The notes beneath the pieces were generated by a model. It did not search any database, was not told where the DNA came from, and saw only the letters and a list, made by a program, of their open reading frames with translations. Source: Octopus bimaculoides (taxonomy: Eukaryota). From it: a stretch of 64,000 nt of DNA. Positions 40,691 through 52,945 of this stretch are shown here, one piece after another. Each line of letters opens with the position of its first letter. The first letter of the stretch is position 1. The stretch is taken from positions 33,008,946 through 33,072,945 of the forward strand of contig NC_069005.1 of assembly GCF_001194135.2 (NCBI RefSeq), in the 5' to 3' direction. A program made the position numbers and the translations under genes.

Positions 40691-43030
40691 TCGTTCATTT
40701 CTTACCCATTCACCACCCAGTCTCTCTTATTTCTTTCTTTCTCTCTTTCCCTCCGCTCCACAGTTGTACCTCTCAATTTAATCACTCACCCTAATCTCTC
40801 TATAATTTTACTTTCTTTTCTTGATGATATCGCATCATTACCGCCATTGTCATTCAACTTGTACTCTTCTTCACCTTAGCCGCACCGCTACGCTATCTCT
40901 CTTCCGACCCCACCTAACCGCTCTGTCCTCTCTTCTCACCTCTATTACCTACTCCATCTCTCTTTCCTTTGCATCCTTAGTAACTCTACTATCCCTCCCC
41001 CACCTCCGCTGTTGATATACCACCTCACCTTACACTTTTCTTTCTATCTATCTATTTCTCCTAAAAACGCTTCTAATTCTCTTTTGCCAGGAGTAACAGC
41101 GAAGAAGAGGAACACACGAGGGGGAGATAACTGTCTGGTGTTTGTTTTGTTTGTTAGTGAATTAACCGATTGTCGGAAGAGAGAAAGAGAAACCCCAAGT
41201 CTTATCGGCTCTTTATACCCAGTCAGTCAGTCAATCAGCCGACGAAGGAACCCGACCTTACTCTATTTTCTTCTTCTCTTTCCAACACCTCCCAGCTGCT
41301 AGCTTTGCATTGCTTTTCGCCTTGATGTCATGGTGTCGCCAGTGACAGCTGCTTCTTGCTAAGTGTTGATCGCCTTGTTATTAACCTCACCAACCCCACC
41401 ACCACCACCACCACTTACATATTGCTTTGTTTATTCTCTCTTCTCGCGACGACCAGCTTTCTCCTCTTTGTGTGTAATCTATGGTGATAGGTTAATATAT
41501 CCACACAACAGTTACTAACCGCCTTCTTTGTCGTAATTACGTACCTGCCTCACCTGGCTGATCCGAAAGGGGGGGGGACAATTATTGTAATGTAAGTACC
41601 AGTAATACGCTGGTATTTATTCGGTCGATTATGTAATCACCTTTTACATGAAGCGAGCTAAGTAAAGTTCGCATGACTTGCTACAAATAGCAAATAAATC
41701 TCCGTGTCATGCCCGACTACTTATAGTATGCAGGAAATGATAGGATAATTTAGTCTCAGAAACACTATGTTTGAAAAGAAGATGTGATAGTCACGGTTGG
41801 ATCGTCTTTATTCATAGTTCTTACTCGCTAAAACCGGGGAGAAAACAACATCAAATGGTCCTTCGTCCGCATTATTATACGTAAATGGTCATCGACTTCG
41901 TTATTTATTCCTCTGATAGACCGCCATGAAATAAGTGGTTTTTATTTACTATCACATACTGCTTAGTATCTTTCATGTCTGTACCATTCCACTTAAAAGT
42001 TGACCTTGTACCTCGTTAATATAGATATAAACAAGACTTTGCATGTATTCCCACTTGTTGGAATCGATAAAAAAGAAATACTTCCAGTAATATGCAAGCA
42101 TTGATTTAATTGACCGTAACTGACCTTCATTCAGACACTTTGTTGTTATTGTTGTCGTTCCGTGATTGAGCAGATAAGATGAAAAGACGTACATTTCAAC
42201 CAGCTACAATATTAGATTCAGTAAAGCTGCAGATCTTGTCATAGGGAGCCAGTGGCAAAAGAGGGTTTCCTAAATATTGTATGCAGAACATTTCTTACGT
42301 GTGGATTGCCTTTGTACCTATCTACTTTAGGGTCTGTGATGTATCTTACTTAGCAAGGTTATCGACCACTTCAGTTGCCACCTTCATTTAGGACTATTTC
42401 GTTTGGTATACCCTTTGAACAAATCCCTGGCATCAAAATCCCATCCCCTCTCCTCCCAGGAATCTGAATCTAGATGAGTCAATGAAGGGACTATTGGAGC
42501 TTCTTGGTAGTTTGATTTGCTGGTAAAAGCTGTTAAATCTCCCTCAAATCATATTCTACAATTTCTTAATAATCATCATCATCATCATCATTGTCTAACA
42601 TCCATCTTCCATGCTGGCATGGATTCAACAGTTTGTCAGGACCTGGTAAGGCCAGGAGCCACAAAGGCTCCATTGTCTGTTTCGACATGGTTTCTATGGC
42701 TAGATGCCCTATCTAATTCCAACCACTTTACAGAGTGTACTGGGTGCCGTGTTAAAAGCTTTTTACATGGCACCAGCCTTTATAATAAATTCCAGCACAA
42801 AGAAAATTTATGTAAATGCATTCTTTAATAAAACTGCTTTCATTTTCGTTTGCCTTTAAAATTGTTGTTGTTATTGTTTAGCCACAGGCAGGCCAGTCCT
42901 GATAAAGGAGACTTATGATCTTATGAAAAGATATTCCAATGTTCTTTTTTTTCAGACATCATATGCCTCAGACTACATCAGCCAATAAACCTGAGATTAC
43001 TTTGTCCACTTTGAATGTAGATATAGTCGT

Positions 43031-43243
43031 TGTAGAAAATTTTGCCGTAAACATTTTTGCATTAGAGAAATTCACCATAGAAGAATGGCGACTTCATCAA
43101 CTAACGTACCAATTAGAGAATGGTAATATCTTTGAAATGCGTTACCAAGTTAACAGCCTGCTCATGTGCCTCCTTCACTGCGAAATTTCCTATGGCAGTT
43201 TTTCCCATGGCAAAAATGTTTACAACAAATTTTTCCAGACACA
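43031..43243. mobile_element. MITE-like foldback element with ~55-bp degenerate inverted arms
   Basis: GTAAACATTTTTGC (43047-43060) is the exact reverse complement of GCAAAAATGTTTAC (43210-43223). Flanking arm sequence (aaaattttgcc / caaatttttc, ccatag / ctatgg) also pairs. Confidence 0.6.
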
Positions 43244-45165
43244 AGATATAGTGGTTGTCTATTCTGAATACAGTGCAGGGGAAGAAGGATTGTGGCATTG
43301 TAACAGTGGGAACTGGACTGAGTTTCCATTTTATGAGTTGTTGTTTAGCCCCAGGTCATCCTTGGTTGAGTATTCCAGCTACAAACATCACATCATCATC
43401 TTCAGTGTTTTAACATCCACTTGTCCTTGTGTACATGGGATGGACGAAGTTTATTGTGGCAGATTTTCTATGGCTGGATGCTTTTCCTGTTGCACAACCT
43501 TTGCCTGTTTTCCCATGATCAGACATATTTTTTCAGAATATTGGAAACGAAGGACTCCGCTTGTACGAGAGTGACAAAATTTATGTGTGTTCATCGATGT
43601 AAAGCAGATAAGAGGGAACAAGAGACAGATGCCATGCCAAATCTGTCCTCATACATTGTGGTACTATTAGAAGGTGTGAAACTACGTGAAAACATTGTCA
43701 GCCACATGTTTTTGTTGTTGTTGTTGTCCTTGTGTAGCCTTAGGTCACTGATTCAGTAGAGCTAAGAATAAAAGACAAAAAGATGCCACCACCCCAGGTT
43801 GTTTCCTTTCTTTTATTCAGACATTGTGTATCTAGGACTGCATTGTCCAATGTATTCTTCCCCGTTTGTAGAATAACTAATGTGATTTGATGACAATATA
43901 GCTGCTATTTCTAGCAGATTCTACAACCAAGCAGTGGCTCCATTGTTAGCTCATTAAGACAGCAGTCATTATGTGCTCTGATGCCATTACAAAATGTAAT
44001 TCTTCCTGAAGCGACTTTGGATATATTTTAAAGTTAATATGTGTCATTCATGGAGTCATCTTACAATGGCAGTTAATTAGCTTCTGTCTTACTGACACAG
44101 TTATCTCATGCATCCTTGTATTTGTATATCTGTCTGTCTGTCTGAGTGCCTTTGTGTGTGTGTGTGTGTAAAGGCTTAGTAGGTATGGCCATGTGGTTAA
44201 GAAGTTTGCTTCCCAACCACATGCTTTCACATCCACATGTTTACATGTTCAGTCCTACTGTCCAGCACCTAGAATGTTTTCTGCTACAGCCCCAAACCAC
44301 CCCATCTTTAAATATTTATCTGGGTGTACAGATAAACATATATGTATATAAATACATAATACATACATGTATGTATGTGGTACAAAAATAATTTTTTTAA
44401 ATGAAGACAAGGTAAAAATAAAGCAACAAACAGGGTTTATTGCTTTGACACTCAGGAAAATTAAGTCTTCAATGTTTCAGGTTTATGCTCTTCTATAGAA
44501 AAGATTGATGAGGAGAGACGAAAGTAATGAGAAAAGCACTTGTGTGTGTGTGTCAATCAATCAATCTATCTATCTGTCTATCTATCTATCTATCTATCTA
44601 TCCATCTATCAATCACTTAATCTCTCTCTCTCTCTCTCTCTCAATCACATTTTTGTCCAGTATTTTTCTCTTACACCAAACTGAAGCATCATTTATTAAC
44701 CAGAATTCCAAGTATTCTTACAAAAGATGCTTGTCATCCAACTCAGCCAATTTGTCAAGTTAAAACACAAACTGATTCTCATGGGATTGAGTCAAACAAA
44801 CAACTATTTAAAAACATATCAAACTTGTAAACCGAAAATACTGAGATTAGAAATGCTTGTCTGTATGCATGCTCACCCAAGCATGTACATGCAGCCTCAC
44901 ACACACACACACATACACACACACACACATTCTCATGAAAAAATATTTGGGAAAAGTTATAAATGACTGCTTTTTGAAGAAAATGTTGTTTTTCTGTCAC
45001 AGCGAATGTTGAAATTTAATAACTGTTTTATCAGATTCCAGTGATTACTGAATGATTTAAATTATTTAATCCAAAAAAAAAAAAAAAAATGCATAATTTA
45101 AATATTTATGCCTTCACATTTCAGCAGGTATCATCATCATCATCATCATCACCATCATCATCAGT

Positions 45166-45607
45166 AAGGCAGCAAGCTGGCAGAATCCTCAGCAGTGCGG
45201 TACAAAATGCTTAGCAGCATTTTGTTCCTCTTTATTTACTGGGTCCCAATTCCACTGAGGTGGATTTGCCTTTCCATTCTTTCGGGGGTTGATAAAATAA
45301 ATATTGGTCAAGCACTGACATCAATGTAATCAAGCAGCACCCTCCCCCAAAATTTCAGGCCTTGTGCCTATATTGGAAAAGATTATCATTATTTAGGAAA
45401 CTGGCAGAATCATTGGCATGCTGGACAAAATGCTTAATGGCATTTCTCTCAGCTTTATATAACTCTTTTCAAATCCTGCTGAGGTCAACTATGCCTTTTA
45501 TCCTTTCAGGGTCAATAAAATAAATACTAGTTGTACATTGGGGTGAATGTGATACATTTGCACCCCACTCCAAAATTTCATGCCTTGTGCCTATATTAGA
45601 AAGGATT
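45166..45607 (+). mobile_element. SINE family A, two tandem copies
   Basis: Each unit starts (aaggcagcaa)gctggcagaat and ends aaaatttca(g/t)gccttgtgcctatatt(g/a)gaaa(a/g)gattat. Confidence 0.8.
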
Positions 45608-45840
45608 ATTATTATTATTATTATTTAAGACGTCGCACAGCATCCAATATCATGATGTTGTAGATTGAAGATATTGTGTGTATCGGGGTTTTCTACTGTG
45701 ACTTGAAAAAGTCACGACAAGGACCTCAGAATGATAGTACTTTACGCAATATGTGAGCAGTTCCAAGTAATGCCAATTTTTGCAATACCCCTAGATTGTA
45801 GGATATTTCTAAAGTTTCCAGATGTTTCTTCAGGTTGGGT

Positions 45841-46044
45841 GGCAGAAGGCCTGAAATTTTGGGGGAGGGGGCCAGTCGATCAGATCGAACCCAGTATGCA
45901 ACTGGTACTTAATTTATTGAACCCACCGAAAGGATGAAAGGCAAAGTTGACCTCAGCAGAATTTGAACTCGGAAGGTAAAGACAGATGAAATACCACTGT
46001 GCATTTCACCTGGCGTGCTAACGTTTCTGCTAGTTCGCTGCCTT
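45841..46044 (-). mobile_element. SINE family A copy, inverted relative to 45166-45607
   Basis: aaggcctgaaattttggggg...gaaaggcaaagttgacctcagcagaatttgaactcgg...ctagttcgctgcctt. Confidence 0.85.
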
Positions 46045-48034
46045 GGCAAATATATATATATTCCTGCAATAAGATATTTGGAACATGTTTCGTACATAAC
46101 ATTATGAGCAAGGTTTTTAATTTAAATAGAAAACACTTTAAGGCAAGCAGTTTTATATGAAAGAATTAGAAACCATCTCAAGTGGGTTTGGTGTGAAAAG
46201 AATCAAGTGTTTTGTTGGAATCAGATAAACATTTTGGGATAGAAGTGAGGAAAAAAGACAGTTGGTGTCGGAAACTGAGGAGGATAGTAACAATGTTTGT
46301 CTTGTGCATCGTGTGTTAATTTACTCATCTGTATGATCTAGATTAGAGAAGTGCATTGCTTCGCAGTTTCTTAAAAGACATCAAACACGGCTGCATCTAA
46401 CACGTTCTATTTATGCTGGACAATGATTCGGAAACAGAGGATTGATGTAAATATGTTAAGAGTGTCACATGACCAGACATCTGTGAGATGATGTTAAAAT
46501 ACTCAAGACCTGATGTCTAATCTTGAATGTCTTGTCTTTGGAGTTTTATTCATTTATTTGTCTTTGTTCTGAAATCAAAACTGTGATTTCTCTCCAAATA
46601 GTAAATAAGTTCTATTTTGGATCTAGGATATTGATTTTATCCCACTAACCTAGCTCAGTGATGTTAGCTGAGTTTTTATTATGGATGGACAGAAGGATGC
46701 ATGGAAGGGCTGACTCTTCCATTTTCAAATATTACAGGAAATTGTTTTCACATATAACATATTCTGCGTTTACTAATCTTAACTAAAATAATCACAGAAA
46801 TATATATTATTTTTATTTCTTTCCATAGTGTATTTTATTTATTGCCTTCATGTGTCACAGACATGGCTGTGTGGTTAAGAGTATTGTGTTACAACTAAAT
46901 GGCTCTGGGTTTGATCCCACGAATACAGTTGTTTGGGTGTTGACCAATGTCTTGCGAATGACATTTGGTGAATGATGATAATACATATGTATATATACAT
47001 ATATAGTTATGTGGAGAATGGAGAAACAAACATTCTCCACATAACTATAATTATAAACTGCGGTTTAAACAATAAATTACCTGCCTCTGGATACCTTCTA
47101 ACGAAGACGGGACCCACACAAGTAATTTCCAGGAGTGCCTCCGGATTTAAATATCCCCTGGTTGCTTGGATACTTCAGACTACCCCTGAAATATTGGAGC
47201 AATCCTATCATTTACCTATATACATATATATATACATACATACATGCATGTGTGTGTGCATGAGTGTACGTGTGTGTGTGTGTGTGTATCAAGTAATCAT
47301 ATGATTGACCACATTCTCAGATGCTGTTATACATTACTAGAAATGGTGTAGTCATTTCTATTGTCAACCTATCACCAGTTGCTGGCTTTACCCCTTTAAA
47401 AGCTTGTGAAATAAGAGATGTTTAACTTGAAAAGCAGGTCGGGGTTTGCAACAGAAGGGCTTCTAAATGGAGGCCCTAAGATGCCTTTAACCTCGATAAC
47501 TTACTTATCTAACTTATGCTAGCATAGAAAATGAGTGTAAAGTGAAGCGAATGAAAGGTAACTTGGTTTAAACACTACAAATGGTCCTTGTACTATTATA
47601 TCCCTAAACATCATAGAAAACTGCAGAAATTTTAATAACTATTCTAGTGTCTTTGATACAGACCGATTTACTATGTTCTTCATCAAAGGATTGTGTCTCT
47701 TTGATGTGGTTCCTTGAAACTCATGATTTCGATAGAGAGGAATTAGATCATGTATACCTTTTTAAACTTCTTAGGAAGATAAAGAACTCTAAGGAAACAG
47801 CCATGTTACGGTGAAGAACCCTCAGATTATCTTGACAGTCGGCTTTTTTGAAGGTTCCTCCTTCTCTGTGTGTGTGTGAGTGTAATCATTGTATATATAT
47901 ATATATATATATATACACAATATGTAGATAACTGAAATTTAAAATGTATTTGGGAGATTATGATTCTATCTATCTATCTACACACTCACACACACACACA
48001 TGTATATAAATACATACATGATTTCATATTTGTA

Positions 48035-48540
48035 GGCGTGGCAGTGTGGTAAGAAACTTGCTTCTCAACCACATGGTTCCGGGTTCAGTTCCACTGTGTG
48101 TCCCCTTACGCAAGAGTCTTCTACTATAGCCTCGGGCCGAACAAAGCCTTGTGAGTGGATTTGGTAGACGGAAACTGAAAGAAACCCGTCCTATATATAT
48201 ATATTGATAGAAATGGCAACACAACAAAAGAATGAAAGAGACCTCGATATTATGAGGAATTTATATATATATGACGTTACTTCAGTCAAGACGGCCTTTC
48301 CTTCGAGCCGGTAAGGCCTACTACCTGTTGGTCACTCTCACTCACTGATTGTTTTCGTTACGGAATTCTAGTATTTATAATTGTGCAGACTAGCTAGGAA
48401 AATGGATATACCGTTCTAACAATGGTTAAATTAATGTAGGTCATTCATTATCTATTTCAACTTTTCGTGGTATAGAAAAGGTTAAGAATCAATTTCCAGA
48501 TTCGGTTTCGAATCTCGAGCAGGCAGAGCCAAATGAGGTC

Positions 48541-48596
<56 letters not shown>

Positions 48597-48847
48597 GTGT
48601 GTGTGTATATACATATATATATAATGTGCGCGTATCTGTTTGTCCCCCGCCCCACCATCGCTTGACAACCGATGCTGGTGTGTTTATGTCCCCGTAAGTT
48701 AGCGGTTCGGCATAAAACACCGATAGAATAAGTACTAGGCCTACAAAGAATAAGTCCCGGTGTCGATTTCTTCGATTAAACCGCTTTAAGGCGGTGCTCC
48801 AGCATGGCCGCAGTGAAATGATTGAAACCAGTAAAAGAGTAAAAGAC
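48035..48847 (+). mobile_element. tRNA/CORE-like SINE family B, full length with internal (TA)n/(TG)n spacer, interrupted by an insert
   Basis: Head ggcgtggcagtgtggtaagaaacttg...ggttccgggttcagttccactg (A/B-box-like) ...gaaactgaaagaaacccgtc (48035-48190). Tail tttgtccccc...cttgacaaccgatgctggtg...ggcggtgctccagcatggccgcag...gtaaaagagtaaaaga (48630-48847). Confidence 0.85.
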
Positions 48848-49412
48848 TATATATACACCTACACGCAAATGTACACTTTACATGCATGCATACAATAAGT
48901 GTAGTATATATATATATATATAGGACACGGAAATATTTACTCCGTATTTTGTGTATGTGACGAGTGTGAATGAGCATCAAGTGTATAGCATGTGTGTATG
49001 CGAGAAGGATTCTATTTATATCCCATGTATATACACCATCTGAACAGCAGTATGGAATTACTTATTAAAGGCGATGATGTTAGCAGGCAATATAGCATTA
49101 TTTCCTCTTGATAATGTATTTGCCCTGATTTCGACATTTACCATCTCTGACCGCCAAAATTTCTACCCCGCCTACACAACTGCTTCTGTTTTTCCCTCTT
49201 CATTTCGACGCCTGCAAACAACAACAAAGATAATTACATCACGAACATCAACAACAACAACAATAATATAATAAACTGGACTAACAAACAACATCAGCAG
49301 TAATATGAATTAATAGGGGAAGTCTCTTTACTGTCATTTAAACGGCTAGAAATAGCAGCCTAATCGTAACATTTCCCCCCAGGGATTCGTGTAAAGAACT
49401 CTGAAATTCTGA

Positions 49413-49555
49413 AGGCATGGCTCTATGGTTAAGAAGTTCGCTTCGCAACCATGTGGTTCCGGGTTCACTCCCACTACGCGGCACTTAGGACAAGCGTTTT
49501 CTACTATATTCCCGGTCTGATCAATGCCTTGTGAGTGGATTTAGTGGACGGAATA
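49413..49555 (+). mobile_element. SINE family B head
   Basis: ggcatggctctatggttaagaagttcgcttcgcaaccatgtggttccgggttcactcccact...gccttgtgagtggatttagtggacggaa. Confidence 0.75.
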
Positions 49556-50796
49556 AATTCTCTGTCCATAAGAAATTTGGTTTATTTTATTGTCTAATTA
49601 AAATTAGCGGTTTAATAAGTGAAGTGGGTGTTGTCCGTAAAATAGAAGGACTTCGCTGACCCTGTATTATTTCAAAAGGATCCATTGGATAATATAATTC
49701 AACATACGTTGTCTGATTAATAGATGGTCATGGTTGGAATGCACTTGTCTTAGGTCTACTCGATCGAGACTGACCTGGGGCTATAAACAATAGCAGCACT
49801 AATATAAATCGTGAAATTCACTCCACTTAACTCTATATAAGGGTGTATATGATAGCGGCGGAGGTAAAGAATACGTACACCACTCGTTTTCGGCGTAACA
49901 AAACCCTAACCTTAGCCCTAAACCCTAACCCTAAACACCTGGTGTATTTATTCTGTATTTTTGCATATGATAGTGTCTGTGTGTGTGTGTGTTTATGTGT
50001 CTGTGTGTGTGTGCATGTATGCTGTTGTAGTTCCAGATGAGCTTGTGTCAAAGGAGTTCCAATCGTGCCCATCCAGCGCAACGCTGTCCAATGCTGGTGG
50101 CCTGGCCTGATCTGGATTTAACGCGTTTATATCTTAATCCTCCTATTTTAACACTCGTTGACAATGTGATCTTCCTTTTTTTCTTTTTAAAGACAGTAGG
50201 TGTGATTTGTGAGAGACTTGACTACTATTTTTAACAAATCGAGCGACATTATAGACAGGCTTCTTGTGCTGTTTTGTTTTTTAACACTTCGGTTTAACCT
50301 CGTAACCATAAATAAACGTCGCATGACCCTTAAAGAAAAATTCCACCATAACCTTTTATGCCTTGTTGATAGTTAAGTGATAAATTTGGTGCTTAAACAG
50401 CAGAAATAGCTGGGTGAGTGAAAGTTAAATGACAGACCACGCCAATACACACACACACTATCTCTCTCTCTCTCTCTCTCTCTCTCTTCCTTACTTTTAG
50501 ACGAAGTGCAAATGCCATTAAAGTCAGATTGTTTTGTTTTGTTTTTTTCTTTCTTGCGGTAAATGCACTTACTGACCTCTTTTGCAAACTTTTCTATGTT
50601 GAATAAACTGTTTCTGAGAAAAATAAAACAACTGCAATGGATTTGAAGTCACAACGTAGTAATGATCTGTTTGGTCCAATACCTTATCCACCTGATCAAC
50701 TGACTTTCGTTAATAAAAAAGTGTAACAGGTGTAACAAAACAAAAATGTGTAGTGAACAAATCTGAAAACCAAAATTTGCACAAACGAACCAACAT

Positions 50797-51100
50797 GGGG
50801 AGGAGGACTTTCGGAAAATTCATACGATCCGATTTCTTTTCCTCATATCTTTTAATGAAATTTTATATAAAATACCATTCAAAACGATATAGATTACGAT
50901 TATAAAGAAACTTGTAGGAAAAATATTTTCCGAAGGGGTGGGGGGAGAAGGTTTTTGGAAAATGCACACGATCCATTTTTTCCCTCATAACTTTCAGGAA
51001 AATGAGTATCTTTTAATGAAAGTTTATACAAATACTTTTCAAACGGCATAGATTACAATTATAAAGAAATTTGTGGGGAGAGGAATTTCGGAAAAACGGA
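50797..51100. repeat. Diverged ~140-160-bp tandem repeat (two units plus the start of a third)
   Basis: Shared blocks gggga..gga.ttt.ggaaaat.ca.acgatcc, tatcttttaatgaaa (near 50846 and 51007) and tagattac.attataaagaaa.ttgt. Confidence 0.75.
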
Positions 51101-52320
51101 TTTTCGGATTAAGAAGATCATATAAGTTGGAATATTTCCGTTTTGATGGGGTTTTTCCAATTGTTTTTTCACCACAGCCTTCGAAATGATGTGGAGCATC
51201 TTTTATGAAAAACAAAGTTTGGAAATTTATGATTCTTTTTACTCCCCACCCCCTTAATGATGATACCAATAGACCCACCTATGTATGTATGTATGTATGT
51301 AAATAACAACAGATAAATAATACGTCAATTCACTACAGCTGTTTCCATGTGTGTATGTATGTATGTGTGTGTGTGTGTGTGCATGTATGTGTGTATGTAT
51401 GCATGATTGTGTGTGCGTGTGCGTGTGTGTGTATGCATGCATGTATGTGTGCCTTTGTCTTGACATCATGTGATGATTGTAAGTGAGCACCACCATCAAT
51501 ACAAGCGAAATTCTTCATTTCCAGTCCTCCATGAGGAAACGCGTCTGGCCATGGAGAAATATCACCTTGCTTGGAAACATGAAGAGCATCTGGTCTATAG
51601 ACAAAAAATTCTACAGCAACGAGAGTTATATATGACCCATGCGGTGACCTGGTATGGCCAAGTTCAGTGACTGAAACGAAAACAAAAACAAAAAAATAAA
51701 AAGATACATAAATACCAGCAAAATAATGCAGACATACATATACTGACATACCAGTCCATACAGTACACACACACACACACCTGTGCCTATAGACACATAT
51801 GTATAGATAAATAGGGGGAAAATGGTCTGTTTGTAGGTAGGGAGGCGAGTTAAAGCTTCCCCATTTAGGCCTGCTTTGTTAGAGATTTCAACCTTTCTTT
51901 TATATGGTTTTTATTTATTTTGAAATTCCATTACTTGTGTGTGGAAGGGGGGGTGAGATAGATTGGTATGAAGGCGGGGTGGGGTGGGGTTATTATTATA
52001 CACTCTCTCCTCCTTCTTTGCTTTGTATAAATACTTTTTTATTTTCTGTTTTATATCCATCACCAACACCCGTTGTTGTCATCATCATCATCATTTTCAC
52101 ATCACTTTACAACATGACCCTGAGTCAAAAGACCCAAAAAATTTGCCCCAACTTCACCACCACAGTTGCTGCTACTACCCCCCCCTCTCTTACATCCAAC
52201 ATTTCTAAAACTACCACCCCAGTAGAATATTTTTGGTGAGAGCAGTAGCAAGACTAATAGGAATCAATACACACAGAAATACAGGGAAAGTATGAGTGTG
52301 TGTGTCTATAAGTAAAGTGA

Positions 52321-52391
<71 letters not shown>

Positions 52392-52461
52392 TTAAATTTG
52401 TTGGAGTTTGTATATTAATGCATATCTGGTGTTTGAGCAAATAAATGCTTAAGCATGTGTA

Positions 52462-52945
52462 TTGTCTTGTCTTGGCTGTTCTTGCTACAAATGGACTTAT
52501 AGTGGCACTGTTGCAACATATCGAGTGACACTTTTCTCCATCTGTTACAACTGTGTGCCAAAATTCAAGTCTCCGCTTACTATTAAACTGTGCGTTCCTT
52601 GTTGTCTGACCATTTTTTTCTCTGTCCAATTCTCCTGTTACAATTCCTTGAGGAATGGTCTTTGCAAGGTTTTCCCTGTTTGAGATCTTCATGAAACCTT
52701 GTGTGATACTGAATGGTTTCAAGAACCCAGTCATTCACGATGAGGTCCAAGTAAGAAATACCTGAAATTTTATTACAGTAGCACCAGATTTCCAATTTCT
52801 GCATCTCCTTCTGAAAATAGAAAATTCCACCACAAAGGAATCTGATTTTGTTGTTTATAGTGATGTTTTTATCTCTCCATATTGCTTTGAATTTAGTGTA
52901 GTCTGTGTGGAGCCTGTCAAGGATTTCAGGCCTTGACCCTTTCAT
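52462..52945 (-). mobile_element. RTE-type LINE 3' end fragment (degenerate)
   Basis: Across frameshifts reads GSRPEIL...KAIWRDKNITINNKIR...EIWCY..ISGISYLD...LAKTIPQGIV...RKKWSDN...VATVPL, typical of the RTE ORF C-terminus. Ends in an (ACAAG)-like short repeat tail near 52462-52485. Confidence 0.8.

Noticed and set aside
42939-43574. Longest ORF in the track (211 aa)
   Set aside because: Runs through a foldback MITE and a family D repeat. No domain motifs or credible splice context.
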